Assembly (NCBI GenBank): GCA_036172245.1
Contig: JAYWIR010000021.1
Coordinates: 1 to 64,000, forward strand
DNA from: Raillietiella orientalis
Lineage: Eukaryota
Length of the DNA: 64,000 bases
Reading direction: 5' to 3'
Shown here: piece by piece, positions 48,273 to 61,700 of the stretch
Layout: each line of letters begins with the position of its first letter
Position numbering within the stretch: the stretch's first letter is position 1
Made by a program: the position numbers and the translations under genes
The notes under the pieces: model-generated
Told to the model about the DNA's origin: nothing
Seen by the model: the letters and a program-made list of their open reading frames with translations, nothing else
Database searches by the model: none

Positions 48273-50778
48273 CGAGCGTAGGTCCACTGAGCTTCTGTTG
48301 TGAATGGTGGAAAGCACGTCCAGGAAAACCATAAAGTCCATGGGAAATGGGAGAGGGAGAGGAGCTGGTCATCCGTCTTCGATGGGAAAGTTTATTTGGA
48401 GCGCAAACTGCATCAGAGTGAACTTCCAGAAGCATGGGCATGGGGACAGTTGCGCTGGACGCCACGATCGGATGCTGCGACTCGAAGGAAGGGAGGTCAT
48501 TCTTGCTGCTTAGCTCGATATGGCACATTACCTGGGAGGAGGAAGCGCTTGAGGAGATGGACACCGTGGATCCTTTCTCTTTTTTCTCGCAAAAGATCGT
48601 TTAAAATAACCGCCTTCCTTGCGAGCCACAATTTCAACTTCGGCTTGCGAATCCACGCTTTCCTAAGCATCCGAAAAGACCGAAATCGAAGAAGCGATCT
48701 TAAGTATCCATTTGAAATGAGTTTGGACATCCTTGGAGCAGACCAACAGTTGCTCTAGAGACCGTGCATGCTAGAAGCTTCACATCGGTTGGGTGTACAG
48801 GATGTGGAATCCGCGGTTCTTGGCAGCGTTCTTTACTTCGTCATCCGTCCTCACGTGCAACCTGTACGGGTTGAGGGCAGCTGAAATGTTCGAACGAGTC
48901 GAAGGAGGGATTCGTCTGCTTTGGACTTACTGCACACTTGCCCTGCGGCTCGGCTGCCTGATACAGGGTTGAGGTAGGCTCCACAGAAGCATTCTTGGAT
49001 ACACATGGCGTTGGTCACGATCGCCAGCGATCCTCCGCAGGGTATGCGGAAAAAGTCCAGGCTGCATGGAACGAAGTAAAGCAATGGAAAAAAAGGCGCA
49101 TCCACGGCATTGGATATGAAGGTGTCGCGGTCGCCCTCGAAGGAGAATCCCGTGTTTGCCGCAGCTGGAAGGTGCGAAGAGCAGGAGAGCCCGGCCGACG
49201 CCTGACGCAGATCATGTAGTCGAGATTCACCGGAAGCACTGAACTCGCATCTTCTGCGCAGCCGAAAGAGGTGAGGAGGCCGCTTTCTTCAAGGAAGTAT
49301 TGCAGACAACCGATTGGAGCTGAAAGTGAGCAAAGAAGTGGGTCCTGCATTTTTCATCCTGCTAACCGTACACCGTCAAAGGGGAAAAGCCGCACCACAC
49401 CACTCGCAACAGTGCGCTCGGAAGTACCGGAATGTCCAAAACTTGCAGCACCTTCGAGGGCCGTTAGAAATCGCGTCGCCTCGAGGCGAGCCACGGGCGA
49501 GCAGTTTCACTTTGCTTGCGGGGTTCTCGACGAAACAGCAAGAGGCAAGAGAAACGGTCGGTGTGGCACGGAGGGAGAAATCTTCAGAGCGTGAGAGGAA
49601 GCATCAGGGATTCGGAAAACCTTCGCGTACGAACTGGAATGGACAGTGCCCTGAGGAGAAGAGAAACCCGTGGAGAGAGCAAACGCCCTGCAGCAGAAGC
49701 AGAGAGATTTTTCGTGAGAAGGCAACCGTTGCGCAAAATGAAGTTCGACACGAGCGATGATAAACGACAGTCTTCCGATTTCACGAAAGAACGGTTCCAT
49801 GCAGCGTCCGGCGCGCAAAAGCGACCACCATCGTTCCTTCCATCAAAGGCTCCTGTGCGGGAAGACTCTGCCGTGCAATTTTCATCGGTATCAACACACG
49901 GTCGGTGCTTCCAGAGAACCGGCACCTGTTTTCCAACGGAGAAGATGCTGGTGGAAAAGAAAAGGAGCTTCTTGAGCGCGCATAAGCGAGAAGCGCGGGA
50001 GACTTCCCCGAGGAGAGATGAAGAGGAGAACAGCCTGATGAGAAGGAACCCAAAGCACCAGCACGATGCTTTCCGAAGAGTGGATCCCAGCAGAGGCACA
50101 TTCTTCCGTCACCGGCACGTACGTATCAGCGGCGATCCTGCTGGGAGCTGCAGTACGAGAATTCTCCACCTTCTCCGTTCGTCCCTCAAGGCGGGTCGCA
50201 AGGTGACTCGCAGAACAACCTCTCTGGTCGTGGGTTGCATGCTCGCGTACACTGAAAGGCGAAGTTTCCGATGAGGGCGGTCAGCGGTCAGCTGGGCTTA
50301 GCTCTCGCATCGGGCGGCGTCGCGCTGGCTCCGAGTGGCTCACCGCATTGAGTACGACACAGCCGGCGCTCGAGGAAGCCCTTCCCGCACTTCTCGCTCT
50401 CGCTTCCTGAGGGAATAGCATCTCGCAATAGTCCTCCGTCCCGCACCCACAGGCGACGGAGGACCCGTCGTCTGTGCGCGGCAAGCGCGTGACCGGGCGC
50501 GCGCATCGTCCGTTCCGTGCGGCGGGGCGATCCCCCCTCGCTCGCAGTCGCAAGCGAGGGGTGGTCACCGGTCTTTCGGCTGTCGGCGTAAAGGTGCCGC
50601 TGCGGTGGAACGTCGGTCCGCGAGGCCCGGCGGGCCTGCCGGGGCCACCGCGTTCAGCTCGCCTCGAAGCGAAATGCGGACGCGAAGCGCGAGATTTGGC
50701 CGAATGCGCGCACTCGGGGAATGGAAAAATCCACGGGACTGTGCGCTGCAGTCGATGGGGTCCCCGAGTTGCCGGCCG

Positions 50779-50871
50779 CCTTTGCGGTGTGAGCGTGAGG
50801 CTATTTGGGGTTCCGTGCCACCGTATCTGGCGGTGGCTCAGACGTGGAGGCGGCTGCGTGCAGGCGTGCCA
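50779..50871 (+). repeat. 93-bp dispersed repeat, copy 1
   Basis: Matches the reverse complement of 55658-55750 with 9 mismatches and no gaps (counted by eye). Confidence 0.92.
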
Positions 50872-53800
50872 ACAGGACCTGTTTAGCGTTCCATAGCAAT
50901 GATGTGACTGCGAACGGGAGCAGTTTGCTTAGCAAGAATCCAGAAGCGCAACTCGGACATCCAAGCTTACAAGTAAGCACGGATGGCACGCGAAGGTCAG
51001 AGGTCGTCGCTTTTTCCTCCACACGCGGCGAAATTTGGGAGTCTCTTTTCACTCACGAAAATGCGACCAAGATTGAGCGGGCTATAAGTCCATTCAAAAC
51101 CAACACGAAAACACACTTTCCCGCGTAAACACGTGGTCGGACCAAGCCAATCGACCGGCATTTTTTTTTCTTTTACTCTTTTTTTGAAATGTGACCAGGA
51201 AACGGCGGTCGCATTCCCTTGCAAAGAGGGAGAAGCGCCGCTTCACTCACTTCATTCAGAAAGCGCCGCGAAACCAGATTTCACGAAGCACCACAAACTG
51301 AATTTGTCCTGCAGGTCATGAACTTGGGAGGTCACCCTTCTATGGAACGCTGCACTTGATAGAAGATTGAGAATTTCAGGGCTGAAAAGTTCGACCACGG
51401 AAAGTCCTGACCACTAACGCTGGACCACTATCGAAAATTCCAGTTGTTTTTTGACCATTTGAGTGAGTCCGAAACTAGTGATGGGGAAGCTGCAATAGCG
51501 TGCATCGAGTTACGGGATCATTCAGCGGTTTGAATCAGTTCGTTTGCAGTCAGCATTCTTTCGTACGTGGCACATGGGCCTGTCGTCTCTGCATGAGACC
51601 GGAAACCGTAGCGAAGAAGGCGTAGAGAAGTTCTTGTGAGCACAGAGAGAAGTCGCAGAGTTGTCGCTTCCTCCGCAGTTCAGCGGAAAGCGCAAGTTCG
51701 CGAAAGGTACAGTTCAGGTCAGGCGGTTCGATCAGATCAAGGTCGGCAGGGAAGGTCGTATGCAGGGCTCCGCGCTGCCGTGCTGGGAAGGCACAAACAC
51801 CATAATTCACAATCCGGAGCCGCTCAAACTATCGGCAGTAGAAGCATTGAGTGGACTTTCTTACTGCCCCTGCTCGAAATCCATGGAATACCTCAGGATG
51901 CCACTTGCCTCAGAGTTTTTTTCCACAAGCCAGGTTCGGCACGCTCAGCAGTTCACCTAAGCAATTCATGGCGTCCATCGTTAATCCAAGAGCGCATTTC
52001 CGGGATATTTGGTGCTGCTTGCCTCTCTTTGTCTTTGCTGGAAGACACGTGCGAAAGAAGAGCCAGCGAGTGCTCGCGGTTGGTTCAGAAGGAAAATTTC
52101 AAGATTCTTCGGAAGCACGTTTCGTCTTTGATGACCAATAAAATCAGAAGAAAAATCGGGCATCCCTGTAATCATATGGACGTGTCCAACTGTGGTGTTC
52201 ACATCATTCACATGCGTCAACTTTGCTTCCTTAGGTTTGCAGAACAGTCGCTGAAGGTGCACGTGTTGGCCGTTTACATGCCAACAGTTTATGCAGCCGA
52301 AACGCTGATTTGCTGCTCGCCTTCTGTGATGATTCATCACACCTAAGGGAATTTTCACGAAACATTCCTCCAAACACTCTCATCGTTCCAGAATCTTGCT
52401 ACGGCCTGTTGATCTTCGAATGCGGATGCAGCAACCGGAATTTGCAATTCGGATTCGTTATCGATCTTGCCTATCGGCACCGATGTAGTCTCCGTTTTGC
52501 CCGTCATATGTGGATGGTATACGTGAGCTTTCCATTAGACAAAATGCGGAAAAGATTCTCTATTCTTCTCGCTACCTAATCTGCTGGAGATCTTTCCGAT
52601 TCCCAAGGAAATCTTTTGTTCAGCGAATTTCCCAGCCTTTCCTCTTGGCATGGGGGTCGCTTGCTTCCGACGTAACCGTCAACGCCAACTTCCAGCTGTC
52701 CTCTCCTTGTTTTCTCTGCATTTGCCGTGTTCCCAGAGGCTGTGTGACGTGGGGTGTGTGTACCGCAATCTCGCGTCCACATTGCCGAACAAGGAATTGG
52801 ACCGCGAGCCTGCGAATGCACGTTTGCCTGTCGCATTCCAGTGCTCCCTTAAGAGCAGCCTTGTCTTGCAGCTCCACCCTTCCGACAGAGGACTCGCAAA
52901 AGCCGCCGTACAAGCGTGCCAAAGTGTCAGTTCTCCCTGAGCTGACCAACTTTCATAACAAGAACTTGAACGGAACCGGTTGCATCGCCGTGAATTTTCA
53001 AATTTCTCCCTTGCAAGATTTCTTATCAGCAACAGCGTGTTCGCTTCCCCCCCGCCAGTCCTGAGCAGTGCCCTGCAAAAACCGTGCGCGCCCCTGGGGT
53101 TGCCGAAGGCATCTCGGACGCAGAATCAAAACGAGAAGTTGACGATGCAATTGCTGAACAGGCGCAATGGAGAAAATTGATGCGCATACGCGATCCACCT
53201 GGCTCTGTCGGTGAGCAGCAAAGACATCAGTTCCTCAACGAGTGCGTCCGAAGCTCACCATGAATCAGGCAGCAGCTCAGCAGGATGTTCGAAGAATATG
53301 TGAACCAAGAAGTGTATGGATCTACAAGCACCGGAACAGACGCACCTGACGCCGGAGGAGAAAGAGAACAAAAGACTCTCTGAACGGAGAAGAGCAGATC
53401 TACGGAGATGCCCGATGGTGAGTGCGTAATGAAGTGGAACCGAGTGTGGTCCGCTCACCTCCGCGAAGAGTTCAGTTCCACTTTCGTGGTTTTTCTGATA
53501 ACGCAGACCGGCCAGAGTCAAGCAGCAGCTTCCAGGCAGAAGGTGCTCGATTGTACGCTACTCTGGCGAGATCTGCTGTCATCGGCTCTCATTCAAGGAC
53601 CACTGCACTCCTCCGAACGCAACAGCTGCCGGATAGTCATCGTCAACGTCCCTTTTGATACTGTGAGACCCTTGAAGACAAGGAGTTCGCCTCCCAGAAC
53701 GAAAACTGCAAGGAACACCTGGAACATTTCGCAGGCAGCTTGGCAAGAAAGCACTTTTCCCGGATCGTTCAGAAGCGCCATTCTAAGCGCCATCCGCTTG

Positions 53801-55657
53801 GCAGGAATGCATTCCATGTTGACTTTGCGAGAAAATCCAGCCATGCGAGAGAACAGCAAAAATCAAGCTGCATGGTAGACGGCAAATTCCGATAAACAAA
53901 ATGGTGTATCCGAGCAGAGCGAACAGCTTCCCAATGTAGAACGCAGTTTCGCAGAAACCTTCTGGCTGCGCGCCTCTGCTGCACCCATTTTAAGAGCGGC
54001 ATTCTTCGATGGTAAAACAGGTGCCGAGGTCATCCGCAGAGCATCCATGTTTCCGGAAACTCAGGACTACCCCCTCAGAACCTGGAAAGCTGACCGTCAT
54101 CGTAGGCATCCTGGACTTGCAGCCATGTGAAAAGTCAGCTCTTCATCTGAACCAGAGCATCCTCAAAGTCAAAGACATGTCTCTGGCTACAAAATGGAGC
54201 CTCAAGACGGATGGATGCTCCCGCGCATGCGAACGAGGAGAAGCGCAACTTGGAAACGAGAGCGGATCTACATTCGGCAGCCCGCGTGCTTCGTCGCAAC
54301 GCTTGCCTTCCCCGAGCTACCATCAGATCCGGATGGACTGGAGGATCTCTTTCCCACCGGGAGATGCTCAGCATCCGCCCAGTAAGAAGACTCCGCTGCT
54401 CACTTTGCATGCGATCATAAACTTTACTTACGCAATCCAACTGAAGTTCGATTTTCGTGCGATGCAAACGGCGAGGGCGTAACAAATGCCCACGATCGCC
54501 AGCTGCATGGTTCATCTGAAGATTCTCCTGGCCTCGCGACCACGTAGAAGCTTCCAGAAGCGACCGGAATTGTCACGTACGAACGACGAGGAACTGAGAA
54601 CTCCAACTAGGCTTCATCATTTTCCGCAAAGAAAGCGAAACCTCCGACGACCACACGTCTTCATCTGATAAGCTTTTCAGGAATCCCGAAAAAAGAGCGC
54701 AGCAGCCTTCTAGTGGCTGTGTCCACGAAGTGTGTCCACGCTGTGCCCGTTCTTTGACACGTGCACGCGCTGCCCACTCATCGCCGTGTGACCGTGAAAT
54801 GTTGACAAAGGCATTCGGTTCGCTTCATGGAGAATGCGATGAGACGCTCTGCTTTGGAGGACTGTTGCAAGACGACGAGAGTCCAAAGCGAATTTGGAAG
54901 TTGTATTTCCCGGGGCCAATGAACGTGTGCCGCCTCCGTGATGCCTCGTTGTTCTTTTCGAAATGCTGACCACATCACCCCGCAGCCGTCATCGGAGAGA
55001 TGCCTGCTCAAGTGCCCATCTGCTGAGCTTAGACGTCGGACCGCTTTTCAGGAAGCTCAGCAAAAAGTAACATCCGAAATTGGTTGAAATGTGCACGGCG
55101 GGAAGATGAAAACTGGGGCTTCCAGGATCAGTTAATTTGAAGTACCTCTTGCTCGAGTTGACTGGATCGCGCCAGCGGGCACCGTGACCAGGGGAGGCAG
55201 CTTCCACGCGAGCTGTGCGTCCTTCAGTTTCACATGCTTTCGCTCTTCTTACGGAGAGCATCGTTCACCTTCTTCTCACCTGCAGGTGGAAAAAAGAGCT
55301 TCCTGTACCACGCAGCACGTAATCAGAGGACAGAAAGTGGAACAAGCAAGAGGTCCTATCGCTGCGGGAAATCTCCTTTGATCTTCATTCTCCATAGCAA
55401 CTGCGACAAATGAACTCGCTACCGGTACAAAGCATCATTAGCTTCCCAATTTAACACGAGGCTCCGCTGATGCCTTCTGGCTGCGCGCCTTTGAGCGACC
55501 GATCAGCTGACTTTCTCGTGAGAGCTTCAAGTTCAACCGGACCACCATCCACGGCCCAAAGTACGTCGACGATGACGAAAGCTCAGGAAGAACGTTCTCC
55601 GAAGCAGTGCTCCGCACCGCCCGCAGGAGCTCGTTCTCAACCACCTTCCATGTAGCG

Positions 55658-55750
55658 TGGGACGCCTGCACGCGGTCGCCTCCACTTCTGAGCCACCGCC
55701 AGATACGGTGGCGCGGGGCCCCAAATAGGCTCACGCTCAGACCGCAAAGG
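55658..55750 (-). repeat. 93-bp dispersed repeat, copy 2 (inverted)
   Basis: Reverse complement of 50779-50871, about 90% identical. The internal hairpin GCCACCG-n7-CGGTGGC is unchanged. Confidence 0.92.
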
Positions 55751-58700
55751 GGAGGTGCGCGTCGTGGACCATGCACTCTCCGCTTGGCAGAAGCCGGTCG
55801 CCACCAACACATTCGCTTTTCTGACACTTCCCTGCGACCGAATCGTGACGTCCATCTGTAAGCCGCGTGGTTCCTAATGAGACAGCTTGTTGAAAAGCGT
55901 CTCGGGACAGAACAGCATCATGATGATCTGAACGGTACTGTTCTGAGAGGCGGCTCGTGTCCATTCAACCCGATCAACAAAGCGGACGAGGTCGCCGTTG
56001 ACAGTGGCAAAACAAGCCGTCCCCTCACTACTCCAGGGACCGCGGTAGCCCACGAAACTTCATTCCCACCCCACTTTGCAAACGTGTAGGAAAGATGACA
56101 AGGGATGATACTTCCGGTTCCGACAGGGTGAGCAGAAGGCGAAGCACCCGGAAGGTTGCTCGGCAGGTGTCCTGTCCGGACGTGCCACATCCATTGCGAT
56201 GGATGTTCGGAAGACTGCACCCCCGCAATGCAGCTCGACGTCCCTTCACGGTCGATCCCAGCACGAGACGTAAAGTAAACTTTGGCACTGCAGAGCCCAT
56301 CTCAGGAAGGCAGGGAACTTTTCTTTTCCACCTCGAAGCCACCCTCTGATGGACAATCCTGAAAAGTTCCTAAAAGGTCGCGGGCCTGCAAGGGGCACGA
56401 GCGTCGTTCGGTTCACGGAGGGGTGTTCCCCTTCACATCGACAGAGTGCGAGTCAACCCATTGCCCATGCGGAGCGAACCCGCAGAAGGCACGTCGTGGG
56501 AGAAGGAACCAACGAGAGGATCATCTCGCATTGCAAGGGAATCATCATCATCCATCGGCTGTGCAGAGAACCGTGGCGACGTTACCCTGGCCGATGCGGT
56601 GGCAGGGAAAATTGGGGTGAAGGCGAAGGTACGCGATGGTTTGCTGCAATGTGCTCATGAAGGAACTTCCAACTGCAGGGAGATTTTCTGAACGTGTGCT
56701 CGCTGAAGAAATTTGCCGTGCGAGGGGAGGAGCGTGTCCGGTGAAAGCAGCAGCAGCAGGAATGGTGCAGTCGGAGCAGCGAGAGCTTCGCAGAGGACGT
56801 GGAAAGAGCGAGTTTACCCCTCGTTCCGAGGGATGCGCGTTGCTTGGAATAAGGGCGAGTCCCAGGAATTGCACGATGGGATGTGTGGATCGTGCCCCAC
56901 GTCCCATGGCTTGCGCCGACTTTCCCGAATGGAATTCATGCGGCAGTATGTGATTCGGGAACGTTACCCACAAGTGGTGACTGGGCAGTTGATGAACAAT
57001 CGCAGGCCAAGTGAATTCCGGTTGCACCGCTGCTGTGTCAGGAAAGGTGTGGTGCATTGCGTCGGAGAATGAAATACCAGCAAGAAGAAGGAATGGGGCA
57101 ATGCGTTGTGCACCGGTTCTTGAGGAAAGATACGAAAATGGCTCTGATTTTTGCTGAACCGGATGGGCCACAAAGCAGATGAGAAGGAAAGGGAAAGGCC
57201 AAATGCTCTTCGAGAGGAGATTGTATTGAGTGACAGTATGCTTACGTGGCCTTGTGTACTGGGACAACCAGTTCATGCATAAGCGCGTAGTGCGAAAAGC
57301 TGCGCATCCGAAGGATGAGAGAATGGAGACGCGACGGTTGAGTTGGATTGCAAGAGACGACGTTTCCCAATGGAGGGGAAATGGCGTCCACAAGCGGTGC
57401 TTTGAATTCGCTGCCTCTCCTCTCCATGATTTCCCTTCACGGGCTGCTGCTAATGGAGGAGCGAGACACACGAGTTCGGTTAGCTGAAGGCAGCCATCCT
57501 TCCAAAATTGGCAGAAGGACTGGTGGGATGCGCGAGCATGGATGCCCATGCAAAGCAGCAGGTACTTTCCTTACTTTGGTCACTTGCGCTGATCGCAGGA
57601 TGGAAGAGCCCAATAGCGTTACGGAAGTGAACGGAAAGCAAAACGATCCTTCTGGTCGTCCGGTGGACTGGCGTAAGAACAAGTCTATCGTGAGACTTAG
57701 GATTTAGGGGTGGTACAAGACGGAGGAGCATGTGCATCTTTGCATTTCAGTTCCTTGGTCTTGATGCATCTCAAGATCGGAAGGATCATCCGAGTTGCAA
57801 ACTGGCATGCGCTGCCATCAGGCAAGACACCGCAAACCCAGAACCCTGGCTGTTTGGCTCGCGGGGGAGAACCTCGGCAGTTTGAGCTTGGGTTACGCAT
57901 GCGGGAGGCAGCTGACCCATGGCAGCGAATGACAGCAGGTCGTTTTCGGGACCGTGTTTCGTGAATTACCGTGAGTTCCTGGAATGCGAAGCTAACGGTG
58001 CAATGTACCGAAAGAAGAGGAGGATGCAGGGATGAGCAGCAAAAGGAAACTGGCGAGAGCGTACTGACGGACAAGTAGGAGGCTGCGCTGTTGACGAGAG
58101 TGCAGAATAAGGAGGACGAGTGCAGAGATCCTCAAGATGGGATCTGAGAGGAACCACTGTGTGGAGTCTGTAATGGCGATTGATGCCTCAGGCGAAGCAG
58201 AACTTGCGAAGGAGTTCTTGCAGCGGTAGGAAATAAGTTGGCGGGCATATCTGTCCTTTTCCCAGTCAGAATCCGAGTACCTTCAGGTGGTCGGAGCTGA
58301 TGATTCGGACGCAACTTTTCTTTACGGAAAGAACGCACGACGATAGGGATGCTTAGGATCTCTGCTCGTTTTAATCTGATTCGGAGTTCTTCCGGTTCAG
58401 GATTGAAGTGAAATCTCAATTATTGTCCTAAACGTTGCTGCGAATAGGACGCTGGCAATTATCGTGCTGAAATGTGACCCATGGTGTTTCTACAGCGAAT
58501 AGGCAACTCATTCTTCTCGTTGAGGATTCGCTTGAACGTCGCAACGAATAAAAGGGGAGCAATTTGAGGACGCCACAGCGTGCCTGCATTGGATGAGGCA
58601 CCCTTTTCCTGGGATGGCCGAGGTGTCCCCCATCAAGGAACGAGAACTGTGAGAAACTTCTCCGTTTGTTACGAGTATGGAGGAAGCTCATTTCTCATGT

Positions 58701-61700
58701 ATTCTGCAGTGAAGATGCATGCAACGTTGGTGTGTCGACTCGATTAGACGCTTGAGAGGCAGCTGAGGCTCCAGGGCCTCTTCGAGACGATTCTTACAGC
58801 TCCTCGTGTCGGAAGACACGATGCTGCACCTGTTTCAGTACTGCAGAGGCAAGGGATCAGAACTCGGGAAGGACTGTTGCTCGCTGCTCCTTCAGCGGCC
58901 AGGTGACGGGATTTCTTTCCGAGGCCATCGAGGCCTTCCATCAAGTGGTCGCAGTCTTCATCTTTGCACGGTGGCGAAGCTCCAAAGAGTTCCACGAGAA
59001 CGTCGGTTGTTCAGGAGTCCAATGGTGGGAGAAAGGGTAGCGACTGATGCTGCACTTCCGGCGGGGAGCGCTCGGAGTCAAGGTACCGAATCGCGGCCGA
59101 GGAAACACGAAAGCACCTCGAGGGGAGACGGTGTGTCAAACACAGAGCACCGCATTGAACGATGGCTCTGCAATCCAATCGGGTGGTAGCGATCGCGCGA
59201 GGTGCCACATGAGCTTCTCCTTCGAAGGAGACGTGCATGTCCGACTTGGTCGCACAACCGTCCGCATGACGTCCCGATGGCATCGTCTTCCAAGCACCAT
59301 GCTCCCGTCTGTATTTCCCATGTGGGGAAATCGGGACGTCGGAGTTCGCTCTCCAAGTGGCACGTGCAAGGGCAGCGGACAGACGACGGGAAGGTAGTCA
59401 ATGCGGTTGCGGAATTTGCGAGCACGTTGGATGCTTCGATGGGCGCACGATATGGAAAGTCGTTGTTCTGAGCCATGTGGGCTTTCATTCGACGGTTCGC
59501 AGTGTTTCGACACTTTCCGAAGTCTTCTCGGATCCCTGTCACCACCGCGAGCAAGAAGTTCCCCTTACGAGCACTTGAGGTGCCGATCACATTTTCCAGG
59601 TGGCCTCTAGACCGAGGTTTCAAGCCCTGCCAAAGCAGCCAGGTCTTCTCATCGGACCTCAGCAACGCAGCATCGCGCCCTCCCTCTTTTCGCACTCCTT
59701 TTCCTGCGGGCCGTCCCACGGCACGCACGCTCCGGAGCAGCCAAAGAAGCTTTCGAACGCGTGAGCGTGCGATGAAACCGATAGAAAGTGTGGACAACAC
59801 CGAGTCTCCTTCGAATAGGACCCCTGGCATTCGGAACATTTTGAATTCCCAGACGTCCCTTTTCCGTGCAGCAGCAACTGTGGCGAAACCCAAGAGGCTT
59901 TCGCGTGTCCGAATGGGAAGACACCAAGCGCAGGGCACACGGAAAAAGAAAAGAGGGAAGGGAGAGAGGGCAATCGTCGCCAGTGGCATGAAGAAATTCG
60001 CGTGCACTTCCCGAAAGAGCGGAAGAAAGTTCCGACTTTCCTTCGTGCCAAGGCAATTCGTGGCAGGCCAGCTGGAACGCGCACGCATCGCTCTGTGGTG
60101 CGCTCAGCGCAAGGGAAGCTGTCGGGGTCGCGTTGCGCCTGTGCACCACGATGCGAGCGAAGACGCAGAAAGCACCACGAAGAGAAGACGTGACGGAGGA
60201 GGCGAGGCAGATTTGCAGCCCCGCGTGCGTAAGAGCTGTAGGCAGCGTGGCCACTCATTCCGGGCCGAAAGGGACCGAAGCGGAACCTCGAGACCAGGCC
60301 GGGTCGAGGGAGGACCACCCCCACCGCGGAAGCGAAGGGAACGTACGCGGTGCGGAGGCGAGAAGGCACTGGCTGTCTCACGCGGCGCGCGCAACGCTCT
60401 CCGGAGGAAACCGCGCCACTCGGTCCGAGCACGGGAACGGCGTCCCTTCTCCGGGAGAGGTCGCTTCCTCCTCCTTCCCGGCGCCCCCCCTCCGCCTAGT
60501 CCCGAGGTGCGCAGGCGGGTCGTATTTCGGCGCGAGAAGCGTCCCGGTTGCAGGCAGCGGCATTCCGCCGGGGGTGCGAGCCTGGCAGTCGCCGGACGTG
60601 GCGGCGAGGGCGCCTAAGGGAACGGCAGCACCTCCGTGAGCGCTTCCTCAACGGGCCGCCTCCACGCGGGAGACGTTCTCGAGCATCTCTCCGGAAATTG
60701 TCCGCAAGGAAAGGGCACCTCGGGGTGGATCAGCGCGGAGGGGGACGTGCGCGACCGCTGGCGAAGTGCGCCGATCCGGGGACGCCCACGGCGGTTCCCT
60801 CGCACTGCTCTCGCAAGAGCCGGAGCACTGCAGTCTCCGGTCCGCCACGCAACTGACCCTACCGCCGCGTTGCGAAGCCAGCGACTCGACCCCGATGGCG
60901 GCCGTGACCGAGGATGGCGCCCCTCTGCAGCCGGGTCGGCAGGCCCGCCGTCTCTTTGCCTGGACGCGCTGCCTGGAAGGCACCGAACGGCCAGCTCCGC
61001 CGCCGCCCGCGTCTCCTGCTGGGGCGCGAAGCGCAGCGGAACGTCCGTTCCGACGCCAACTCGCCGTGCACGCGTGGCGACTTGGTGCGCGGGTTACGCG
61101 GTTCCCATGCTGCCCGGGAACGTCGCGCGGGCGCACGTGCGAAGAAGCCATTTTCCAGAGTCTTCCGGGAAGGCGAGGCCCCCCTGCGAGCGACGCGTCC
61201 CCACGCGGGGGTGCAGCTGCGCAGCGCGCGCCGTGTCGACCTCGCTCGGCAAGGAAATCCATCACGCCGGCGTTGACAGCAACGACGTCGTAAAGTTCGA
61301 CAGGGCGGAGGGGGGAAGACAAGGAATACAGTCCCCGGGGCTGAGCGAGAAACGCTGCGTCGAAGAGCTCAGCTGCCTTCTTCGTGCTACCTTATTGCGC
61401 GGAGAGCTCGGGACGCGGGAGCCGCGAGCGCTGCTCCGAGGGAGGGAGGCTGAGCGGCCGGCCCGCGCGAAGAGGCGCTTCCAGGCGACGCGCGATTCTT
61501 CGCTCGGCCGAACGGACCGGAAGTCGGCCTTCCGCACTCCGCGCTCGGCGCCGGTTCCTCGCGGGCCGCCGCGACGACGTCCCAAGAGGAACGGTCGGGA
61601 AGATCTGCGCGCACGAAACCGTCGCGCCCAGTCCCTGGCGACGCTTTCGCGCCGGCGAGGATGCGCGCGCGGAGCGGCGGGCTGGCGCTGCGAGGGTGAC

